A stretch of DNA of 54,908 nt, from IMG/VR virus record IMGVR_UViG_3300021197_001056, positions 1 through 54,908 of that record. The stretch is one strand, 5' to 3'. The notes beneath the pieces are model-generated. The model was not told where the DNA came from. It saw nothing but the letters and a program-made list of their open reading frames with translations, and did not search any database. Made by a program: the position numbers and the translations under genes. Below are positions 38,116-45,592 of this stretch, one piece after another (the stretch's first letter is position 1; every line of letters starts with the position of its first letter). The DNA is from a virus (Duplodnaviria > Caudoviricetes).

Positions 38116-38129
38116 TGTAATATTATAAT
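38116..38129 (+). promoter_or_regulatory. Putative phage late-promoter motif, copy 3
   Basis: TGTAATATTATAAT in the gap after the giant gene. Confidence 0.35.
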
Positions 38130-38153
38130 ATAGACAATTAATAAATAAATATT

Positions 38154-38498
38154 ATGGGAATAAATTCAACAGAAGTCGCTTATAGCTTTGGACAAATGGG
38201 TAGTATACTTACGGTTCCAGCTGAAGATATTGTAACTTCAAACGATGTCGCAGGTAATGAAAACGCTGTTTTTGTAGCAATAACATTTCTCGAAGATACA
38301 GTTTTTGCTGATGCAGGGCTAATTGCTGAAGACCAAAAAAAGTACTTTGGTTCACAAGCAACATCCAGTAGTGGTATTGATATTAACGGTGGTATAGTTA
38401 CTGATGGTATTGTTTTTCCAAAAGGTATAACAGTTTATGGTAGATGGACTACAATAGATTTAACTTCTGGTAAAGTAATAGCTTATTTAGGTTACTAA
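38154..38498 (+). CDS. Small beta-rich structural protein
   Basis: FPKGITVYGRWTTIDLTSGKVIAY jelly-roll-like C-terminus. Confidence 0.55.
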   Translation: MGINSTEVAYSFGQMGSILTVPAEDIVTSNDVAGNENAVFVAITFLEDTVFADAGLIAEDQKKYFGSQATSSSGIDINGGIVTDGIVFPKGITVYGRWTTIDLTSGKVIAYLGY

Positions 38499-38499
38499 T

Positions 38500-39687
38500 A
38501 TGCTAGGGTTAGGTGGTTCATTAACATCTGGAGTTCCAGAGTCTAAGTATAGTATTGATTTTGATGGCAGTAACGATTACGTAGAGTTTCGTGACTGCGG
38601 TGCGGTTAAATCTATGTCGATGTGGTTTAATCCAGATACGAGTTTTAATAGTAGTAGTAGTGTTAAAAGGCTTTGTGGGTTTAGAGGTACGCTTGCAGAG
38701 AGTACAGACTATTTTGGCATATCATTAGGTTCTTCTACTGGTAATTTGACAGGAGAGGTTTTATGCGTTATGCCAGATGGTGCTTCAAGGACTGGAACTA
38801 CTAGAAATTTTACCGCTGGAGAGTGGTACCACTTAGTTATCTCTTGGAATGCTAGTAATAGTTACTTTGATATATACATAAACGGAGTTGCGGAAACTGA
38901 TTTAGACCATTCAACTCATACTTTAGCAGATTGGACTAACTTTAGATTAGCAAGAGTAGGTCAAAACAGCTCTCAATTTGCTGGTAAAATAACTGAGGTT
39001 GCTTTGTGGGATGTTACCTTGGATTCACAAGCTGTTACAGCTTTATATAATAATGGTTCGCCCGTAAACCCAACTATAGATAGAGGTGATTACGATAATA
39101 GTTCTAGTCTTTTAAGATACTTTAAGTGTGGTAATGGTGTGCTTGATGATATTAGTAATTCTCAATCAACAAGCTTTGAACAAGGAATTATAGTTGATCA
39201 GTCTGGGACTGTTAGTATAGACGCTGATCAGTCTGTAGCTATTAATACTACTAATTGGGAGACTGTACAAACTGGATCTACACCAGCTAATTTAAACGGG
39301 TTAACACCTGTTGGGGATGGTGTTATTACATTTGACGGTACTCAAACAGGGTTTTGTGGCGTTAGACCTAAATCTGGAGCTTGGAACAAAACAGTTGCAA
39401 CAGAGTTTTACAGAGTAGAAATGCACTATACTAGATCTGCTGGAGCAGTTCAGTTTAAAGCTTCTGGTGATGAAAGCACTGAGTCTGGATTATCTTTATC
39501 GAATGGAGCTGATGTATCGGTACAACAGATTGGTATAGGTTATATTAGAGCTAATCATACTAACTGGCAACTTACTTTTAGTTCAGAATTTGTTGGGACT
39601 ATTACTAAAGTTATTTTGCAAAAGATAACTCCAAACACTTCTGGAATAGTAAAAAACGGAGCACTTAAATCTTCATCAACACCTTAA
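38500..39687 (+). CDS. LamG/concanavalin A-like lectin domain protein (fibre/receptor-binding candidate)
   Basis: SIDFDGSNDYV, SMWFNP, GEWYHLVISWN, IYINGV, FAGKITEVALWDVTL, LYNNG. Confidence 0.8.
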   Translation: MLGLGGSLTSGVPESKYSIDFDGSNDYVEFRDCGAVKSMSMWFNPDTSFNSSSSVKRLCGFRGTLAESTDYFGISLGSSTGNLTGEVLCVMPDGASRTGTTRNFTAGEWYHLVISWNASNSYFDIYINGVAETDLDHSTHTLADWTNFRLARVGQNSSQFAGKITEVALWDVTLDSQAVTALYNNGSPVNPTIDRGDYDNSSSLLRYFKCGNGVLDDISNSQSTSFEQGIIVDQSGTVSIDADQSVAINTTNWETVQTGSTPANLNGLTPVGDGVITFDGTQTGFCGVRPKSGAWNKTVATEFYRVEMHYTRSAGAVQFKASGDESTESGLSLSNGADVSVQQIGIGYIRANHTNWQLTFSSEFVGTITKVILQKITPNTSGIVKNGALKSSSTP

Positions 39688-39688
39688 T

Positions 39689-39925
39689 ATGAGAAAATAC
39701 GTTATAATAGATAAAGAGGATGTAGACGATATTAATTTTTCTTACGTATTAGAGAATGGTAAAGATTCTTTAGTATACAATATTGATGGCACTAAAACTT
39801 TTGTGAAGTTTATTGGTGATACTCCATCTTTCTTAGAAGGAAAGGCTACTCTTACAAATGAAGAAATATTAACTATACTCAATAACCCTTCTAACGGTTG
39901 GGTAGAACAGAATGGAAATATTTAA
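39689..39925 (+). CDS. Hypothetical protein (partner of the lectin gene)
   Basis: 78-aa acidic ORF starting 1 nt after the previous stop. Confidence 0.6.
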   Translation: MRKYVIIDKEDVDDINFSYVLENGKDSLVYNIDGTKTFVKFIGDTPSFLEGKATLTNEEILTILNNPSNGWVEQNGNI

Positions 39926-40124
39926 GAACGATAACAATTGGAATGAGAAAGCTATAGTAGGATTTATAGCTTTTGCTATAATGTGTCTTATAATGATAGC
40001 TGACCTCGTTACAGGCTGGGTAGGAAGTGATTTAGTAATAAACGAATACGTCTACAACTCATTTGTATGGGTTGTTCTTGGTTCATTTGGAATCTCAGGC
40101 GTAGAAAAATTTGCAAAAAAATAA
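39912..40124 (+). CDS. Small two-TM membrane protein (holin-like candidate)
   Basis: Two hydrophobic helices; GSFGISGVEKFAKK tail. Confidence 0.6.
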   Translation: MEIFKNDNNWNEKAIVGFIAFAIMCLIMIADLVTGWVGSDLVINEYVYNSFVWVVLGSFGISGVEKFAKK

Positions 40125-40127
40125 GTT

Positions 40128-40259
40128 ATGGCATATAAAATGAAATCACCTTTAAAGTGCTGGGCAACACATAAAAAAGTAGGTATGAAAAAGTCTCCGT
40201 CTGGTAGAAAAAATAAAGATGGGAGTGTAAAAATGGTTAATGACTGTAAACCTAAGTAG
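40128..40259 (+). CDS. Small basic Cys-containing protein (43 aa, absent from ORF track)
   Basis: MAYKMKSPLKCWATHKKVGMKKSPSGRKNKDGSVKMVNDCKPK*; fills the gap with 3-nt spacers on both sides. Confidence 0.7.
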   Translation: MAYKMKSPLKCWATHKKVGMKKSPSGRKNKDGSVKMVNDCKPK

Positions 40260-40262
40260 ACT

Positions 40263-40622
40263 ATGGCTTACTTACAAAAAAACAACCCGTACAAAGTAAC
40301 CAGCTGTGGTAGGCGTAGAACGTTTATGCAGGGTGGAGATCCTGGAGATGACCGCACTAAAGATAACCCTTTCAAAAAGCTTAGAAAAACAACTAAGGGT
40401 AAAGGTAGAAATTTTAGAACCGCGGAAGAGGGTGCTGGTATGACAACTAAAGGCGTAGCTGCTTATAAAAGAGCTAACCCTGGTAGCAAACTTAAAACTG
40501 CTGTAACAGGCAAGGTTAAACCTGGTAGTAAAGCTGCAGGGCGTAGAAAGTCTTTCTGCGCTAGATCAAAGGGTTGGACCGGTGAAAGAGGTAAGGCCGC
40601 AAGAAGAAGATGGAAATGTTAA
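40263..40622 (+). CDS. Highly basic phage protein (RRKSFCAR...RWKC family)
   Basis: GMTTKGVAAYKRANPGSKLK...RRKSFCARS...RRRWKC, a motif recalled from many phage hypothetical proteins. Confidence 0.65.
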   Translation: MAYLQKNNPYKVTSCGRRRTFMQGGDPGDDRTKDNPFKKLRKTTKGKGRNFRTAEEGAGMTTKGVAAYKRANPGSKLKTAVTGKVKPGSKAAGRRKSFCARSKGWTGERGKAARRRWKC

Positions 40623-40637
40623 ATTAAATATATATAT

Positions 40638-42884
40638 ATGAGAAAAATACTTTTACTATTACTAATTGTGTCTGGTAGCTTAAACGCTCAAGACACTTTA
40701 TATGACTGCTTAGGATCTGATGTTACAGAAGTATCAGGTTGGTTGGGAGACGGATGGTGCGATGATGGAGCGTATACTTATAACGGTGTGCCAGTTTACT
40801 TCGACTGTGAAGAATTTAATTATGATGAAGGGGATTGTGAAGCGCCTATAGATACAGTACCTGGTTGTACTGATGTATTAGCTTTAAACTTCGTTCCTGA
40901 AGCAAACTTTAACGACGGTAGTTGTGAGTATCCTATATTCGGTTGCATCGACCCTGAAGCACCGAACTATAACCCTTGGGCAGAAGCAGATGATGGCAGC
41001 TGTGTTGGAATAAGTTGTTCTGACGGAGAGGCCAAAATTATTTTACAGCTAACACTAGATCAGTACCCGGGTGAGACTGGTTGGATTATAACTGGCCTAT
41101 CAAATGGTCAAGCTGTAGATAACGTAGTAGCTGGTGAGTACACATACGAGCAGGCTAATCAAACTATCGTATACGATATATGTATACCAGAAACTGGAGT
41201 TGAAATAATACTTAGCGACATATATGGAGATGGTATGGCTGGTTCACAGTGGGGTGGAACAGATGGTAATATAGTTGTACTTGGTGATGCGGAGCCTTGT
41301 GGTAGTTTAGATACTTTATGGGCTTTAGATTCTGCTGACTTTGGTAATGCAGCTTACTCTGGTCCTATATGGTTAGAGCAATGTGATGTTCCCTTAGTTG
41401 AGGGTTGCACAAATAATACTTATGTAGAGTTTAGCCCACAGGCTAACCTTGACGATGGTAGTTGTGAGACGTTGCATGCTTTAGGATGTGTAAACCCTAG
41501 TGCTTTCAACTATGATTCACTTGCTACATTGAATGCTATAATACCTACTTGTAACTACACTTTAATTATTGAAGATGATGGTGGTGACGGTTGGGGTGAT
41601 TGCTATATAGGTGTTGTGCAAGAAGATTCTATTCTTGGTACTTATACAATGGGACCTGGTCCTTACTCTCAAGAGTTTAACTTAGTATTAGAAACAGATA
41701 AACCAGTTAAGGTTTATTACTTTGAAATAGCTAACCCACAAACTCCTCCCGCTGAGGTTGCGTTTCAAACAATGCACAACTCGTTTAGATTAATAAATTC
41801 AGCTGGTGATATTACCCTACAAGGTGGTACGTATCCTTTTGCTGACAATGGTGGCGGGGCTTTACAATCTTATTCTCCTCCTTTCTGGCATATATATCAT
41901 GCACTACCTTTCTGTGGTGATTACTGTATACCTAAAGTGTATGGTTGTTTAGATGAGTCAGCTTTAAACTATAACGACTTAGCTAATACAGATGACGGTA
42001 GTTGTGTTGATGTAATTGTAGGATGTACAAATGAGTTAGCTTTCAACTATGATTCACTTGCTAACGTTGACAGTGGTGGATGTGTAGCTATAACTGTTGG
42101 GTGTATGGATGACTTTGCTTGGAACTACAACGCTTTAGCAAACGTGGCTGACGAGTCTTGTATATACTTTGGTTGTATGGATCCGGTTGCTGACAACTAC
42201 GATCCGCAAGCAAATGTAGACAACGGTAGTTGTTTTATAACTATATTAGGCTGTACAGATCCAGATGCGTTTAATTATAATGATCAGGCTAACACAGATG
42301 ACTTCTCTTGTATCCCAGTTGTTTATGGATGTCTTGATCCATTAGCATTCAATTGGGACTCTCTAGCTAACACAGATAACAATTCATGTATTGAGGTTGT
42401 AGAAGGATGTATGGATGGTGAAGCTTTTAATTATGATGTGTTCGCTAACACTGAGGATGGTGGATGTTTGTATGACGCTGGTTGTGTAGGTGAACCTGGT
42501 GATCCTTACTGGTTAAATGATTCTTGTTATGCTTGGGTTATTACTGTTGATCCATATTGTTGTAACAACGAGTGGGATCAGAAATGCCAACAACTATATT
42601 GGAGGTGTTATGAAGATAATGACATGGATGTTAGAGATTTAATGAGGTCTAACAGTGTTGCTATATGGCCTGTACCCGCTAAAGACATACTTAACATATT
42701 AACAAAGGAACCTGTAGATATTAAAGTTCATGATCTAACTGGTAAACTTGTTATACATGTTAAAGAAAAGTATACCAGCGAAGGGTTAAACCAACTAAAC
42801 GTATCTAACCTATCTAGTGGGGTATACAACTTTAGTATAACGTGTAATAATAATACTATAACTAGACAAGTTATTAAGCAATGA
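40638..42884 (+). CDS. Secreted Cys-rich repeat protein with T9SS type A C-terminal sorting domain
   Basis: Sec signal MRKILLLLLIVSGSLNA|Q; LNR-like WLGDGWCD...YDEGDC; about 11 GCxDxxAxNY repeats; CTD IWPVPAKDILNI...IKVHDLTGKLV...LNVSNLSSGVYNFSI...TRQVIKQ. Confidence 0.85.
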   Translation: MRKILLLLLIVSGSLNAQDTLYDCLGSDVTEVSGWLGDGWCDDGAYTYNGVPVYFDCEEFNYDEGDCEAPIDTVPGCTDVLALNFVPEANFNDGSCEYPIFGCIDPEAPNYNPWAEADDGSCVGISCSDGEAKIILQLTLDQYPGETGWIITGLSNGQAVDNVVAGEYTYEQANQTIVYDICIPETGVEIILSDIYGDGMAGSQWGGTDGNIVVLGDAEPCGSLDTLWALDSADFGNAAYSGPIWLEQCDVPLVEGCTNNTYVEFSPQANLDDGSCETLHALGCVNPSAFNYDSLATLNAIIPTCNYTLIIEDDGGDGWGDCYIGVVQEDSILGTYTMGPGPYSQEFNLVLETDKPVKVYYFEIANPQTPPAEVAFQTMHNSFRLINSAGDITLQGGTYPFADNGGGALQSYSPPFWHIYHALPFCGDYCIPKVYGCLDESALNYNDLANTDDGSCVDVIVGCTNELAFNYDSLANVDSGGCVAITVGCMDDFAWNYNALANVADESCIYFGCMDPVADNYDPQANVDNGSCFITILGCTDPDAFNYNDQANTDDFSCIPVVYGCLDPLAFNWDSLANTDNNSCIEVVEGCMDGEAFNYDVFANTEDGGCLYDAGCVGEPGDPYWLNDSCYAWVITVDPYCCNNEWDQKCQQLYWRCYEDNDMDVRDLMRSNSVAIWPVPAKDILNILTKEPVDIKVHDLTGKLVIHVKEKYTSEGLNQLNVSNLSSGVYNFSITCNNNTITRQVIKQ

Positions 42885-43963
42885 TAGAAAAAAATAAAGC
42901 TTTACTGTATCAATTGTTAAGTGCAGTAGGATTAGTAGTAGTATTTAGTTTTTTATTTATAGCTTTGACTCAAAGCTGTAATGCTCAAGGTAGAATACTA
43001 AAATACTCAACGTTTTATACCGCTATAAACGGTGGTACATCATTATCAGACGATCAAGTATGGTCGATAACATCAGGTCAGCTAGAAGAGGATGTCATTG
43101 AAACTCCATTTGATTATACCTTATCTATAGGTTTAAGAAAAATTAAGAGATTCGGATACGAGAACAGGGCAAATACATTTTATAATGGTACTGAAAATTC
43201 ATACTCAGACGCAGCGACATTAGGTCGGTTAGATGGTTTCGAATATTTATTTGAAACTGATCTTGTGAGGAGGTTAGGCGTTCATTATGTAAACCATAAT
43301 CACTTTGTAAGATATGTTGCAGATAAGTGGGTAGCTAAAGTAGCGTACTTAGAAGATGGCTTTGCTGATATTAAATACTTTGAGGCATCTCAGAGATACA
43401 GAAAACAAATTGGTGAGGGTAAGTTATCTTTTAATATAGGTACTGTTCAGAGATTAGCTGAGCCTTACGGGTTTGATCCGCTAGCTGATTGGGTGTTAGA
43501 TAATGGTACACTACATTACACGTACTTAGCATTACAAGAAGGTTACAACATAACACTTGACGGAATGTATTACTCACCTGACGGCACATTAGTGGCTGAT
43601 AACCAAGCTGTGTGGGAGGAAGTTGTTATACCTGGAGTTATAGACGACTACGTTGAGAGCCAAAGAAGCAATTTGTCTAGTATCGTTGAATACTCTACAG
43701 TTATAGGTTTAGACTACTACCACTTTACAAAAGACTTTTGGTTTCACACTTGGGGAAACTTACTACCTTATCATTTAGATACAGATAATAAATACTCTTA
43801 CCACAAACTTAATAATGGACAGTGGGTTGATTACTCAGCTGGTTTAATATTTGGTTACAGATTTAACAAGAGCTTAGGATGTTTTGTTGAGGGGAAGTAT
43901 AATAAGTATTGGAATAGAAAATGGCACAACTTTAGTGTTGGAATTAATTACGTAATATTTTAG
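42881..43963 (+). CDS. Putative outer-membrane beta-barrel protein
   Basis: Signal peptide ending CNA|Q; Tyr/Trp-rich amphipathic strands; terminal FSVGINYVIF beta-signal ending in Phe. Confidence 0.65.
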   Translation: MIEKNKALLYQLLSAVGLVVVFSFLFIALTQSCNAQGRILKYSTFYTAINGGTSLSDDQVWSITSGQLEEDVIETPFDYTLSIGLRKIKRFGYENRANTFYNGTENSYSDAATLGRLDGFEYLFETDLVRRLGVHYVNHNHFVRYVADKWVAKVAYLEDGFADIKYFEASQRYRKQIGEGKLSFNIGTVQRLAEPYGFDPLADWVLDNGTLHYTYLALQEGYNITLDGMYYSPDGTLVADNQAVWEEVVIPGVIDDYVESQRSNLSSIVEYSTVIGLDYYHFTKDFWFHTWGNLLPYHLDTDNKYSYHKLNNGQWVDYSAGLIFGYRFNKSLGCFVEGKYNKYWNRKWHNFSVGINYVIF

Positions 43964-43965
43964 AC

Positions 43966-44334
43966 ATGTATAAACAAAAAGGAATTGATTTTGGTGTTGG
44001 TACTGGAAGCTCACCATTAAACAAAAACGGTGACCCAAAGAAAAAGAAAAGCTTTGACTTAAAAGGTTATGTTAAAGGAGAGCAAGGTTACATCCCTGAT
44101 TACAAAGGTAAACCTACTAGGCAAGCAGCTAATGAAAGTACACTTTTAAATCCTAAGAGTTCTGACGAACGTCTTTCTGACCAAATGGATACAAAAGAAA
44201 CAGTTAGATTAAGAGGTGAGCAAATAGCAAGAGATAAAGCTGGTAAGAAAACTTCAAAAGCAGAAGCTGCTCATTTAAAATCCTATTTAGATAAGGATAA
44301 AAAAGTAAGACCGAATCGAAAAGATAGATACTAA
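43966..44334 (+). CDS. Basic hypothetical protein
   Basis: MYKQKG...SSPLNK N-terminus; Lys rich. Confidence 0.6.
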   Translation: MYKQKGIDFGVGTGSSPLNKNGDPKKKKSFDLKGYVKGEQGYIPDYKGKPTRQAANESTLLNPKSSDERLSDQMDTKETVRLRGEQIARDKAGKKTSKAEAAHLKSYLDKDKKVRPNRKDRY

Positions 44335-44618
44335 TGACAAAAGAATTAAACGAAGATACATCAGTACAGGTAAGCATAAAAACTTTAGCTGGTATAGGTG
44401 TTGTTATGGCAGCTGTAATTAGTGGTTGGTTCGTACTACAAGGAGATATAGCAGAGGCTAAGAAATTACCTTTACCTCCAGACCCTGAAATAACACGCAT
44501 GGAGTATGACATGAAAGATCAACTGATAAGGCAAACTATAATGTCGACACAAGAAGACGTTACTGATATTAAAAATCAGATGATAAGAATGGAAGATAAG
44601 ATAGACAAACTAAAATAG
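44334..44618 (+). CDS. Single-TM protein with C-terminal coiled coil
   Basis: LAGIGVVMAAVISGWFVL helix, PLPPDP linker, heptad C-terminus. Confidence 0.65.
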   Translation: MTKELNEDTSVQVSIKTLAGIGVVMAAVISGWFVLQGDIAEAKKLPLPPDPEITRMEYDMKDQLIRQTIMSTQEDVTDIKNQMIRMEDKIDKLK

Positions 44619-44623
44619 TATGT

Positions 44624-44986
44624 ATGATAAAATTACTTACGTTGTTAGCTTTTATAACGCTAGATGCATACGCACAGTATGTACCTGAGCGTAATGCTAA
44701 AAATGTAAGTAGAGTTTTATCCGCAGCCTCTGAATTTGCTTTAGCGCAAGACAAGCAACTACATATGGGAGCTTGTTACTTTTTAAGTTCTATCACCTCA
44801 GCTGTGGTGTATAATAAGACTAGAAATAAAAAAAAGGCTAGCGTATATGGGTTTGGTATAGCTATGTTAGCCGGTATCGCAAAAGAAGTATACGACATTA
44901 ACCACGGTCACTCAGATATAAATGATATACTAGCAAATACTATAGGATCTAGTTTAGGTGTTGTAACAATTAGAATAACATTATGA
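44624..44986 (+). CDS. Exported/membrane protein, YfiM/VanZ-like (DKxxH...KExxD...D...N)
   Basis: Signal AYA|Q; QDKQLH, GIAKEVYD, DILANTIG. Confidence 0.6.
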   Translation: MIKLLTLLAFITLDAYAQYVPERNAKNVSRVLSAASEFALAQDKQLHMGACYFLSSITSAVVYNKTRNKKKASVYGFGIAMLAGIAKEVYDINHGHSDINDILANTIGSSLGVVTIRITL

Positions 44987-45321
44987 GAAAATTAATTTTA
45001 CTATTATCAATATTAACTACAACATGTTTTGCACAAGATTTTCCTAGTGGTTTAGTAGTTGTAGAGTTCAACGCTAGCTTTAACAAATCTAACGAGGTAC
45101 AGTGGTTATCTAAACTATCCGACTGTAAAGTTCAAAGAGTGGATATATCAGCAGATTCTAGATGGTCAAGTGAATACAAAATAGTAGTAGTGCCTACGTT
45201 AGTTGTATTTAATAACAACGAAGAAGCAAAAAGATTTCAAGCAAACATCATGATGACAATGGAGGCTACTCGTAGAGAGGTTCAGGAGTCAATTGATGAA
45301 ATTACAATGGAAGCATTTTAA
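44983..45321 (+). CDS. Exported thioredoxin-fold protein lacking CxxC
   Basis: Signal CFA|Q; VVVEFNASFN in place of FxAxWCxxC; RVDI; YKIVVVPTLVVFNNNEEAKRF (cis-Pro loop). Confidence 0.7.
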   Translation: MRKLILLLSILTTTCFAQDFPSGLVVVEFNASFNKSNEVQWLSKLSDCKVQRVDISADSRWSSEYKIVVVPTLVVFNNNEEAKRFQANIMMTMEATRREVQESIDEITMEAF

Positions 45322-45334
45322 ATTAAATTAAATT

Positions 45335-45592
45335 ATGACAAATAAAAGATTAAACGAAGTAAAAGTAATTGTGCTATGTATTGTCATAGCATTTTTTCTT
45401 ATGTTTAGCGTAAAAGCTGAAGCACAAACAAATCACGTAGTAGATACTGTTAAGTATCAATACTTTGATTTAAAAGAAAGACCTATAAGAAATAGTTTCT
45501 TTGCAGAAAAAAATATGGGTTGGAGGATGTGGATGTTGGCTGATGATGGTATAAGAAAAAGAAAAGTCTGGATAGACACTATAAAAAAATAA
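45335..45592 (+). CDS. Small exported protein
   Basis: Hydrophobic signal ending AEA|Q. Confidence 0.6.
   Translation: MTNKRLNEVKVIVLCIVIAFFLMFSVKAEAQTNHVVDTVKYQYFDLKERPIRNSFFAEKNMGWRMWMLADDGIRKRKVWIDTIKK

Noticed and set aside
44983-45321. Thioredoxin serving the class II RNR
   Set aside because: It has no CxxC and carries a signal peptide, so it would be in the wrong compartment.
40638-45592. Export module as host-chromosome contamination or a prophage boundary
   Set aside because: Codon style and AT content look like the flanks, genes are coupled to phage-type neighbours, a phage-type basic protein is interleaved (43966), and no att site or integrase is seen. Read-level confirmation is still desirable.
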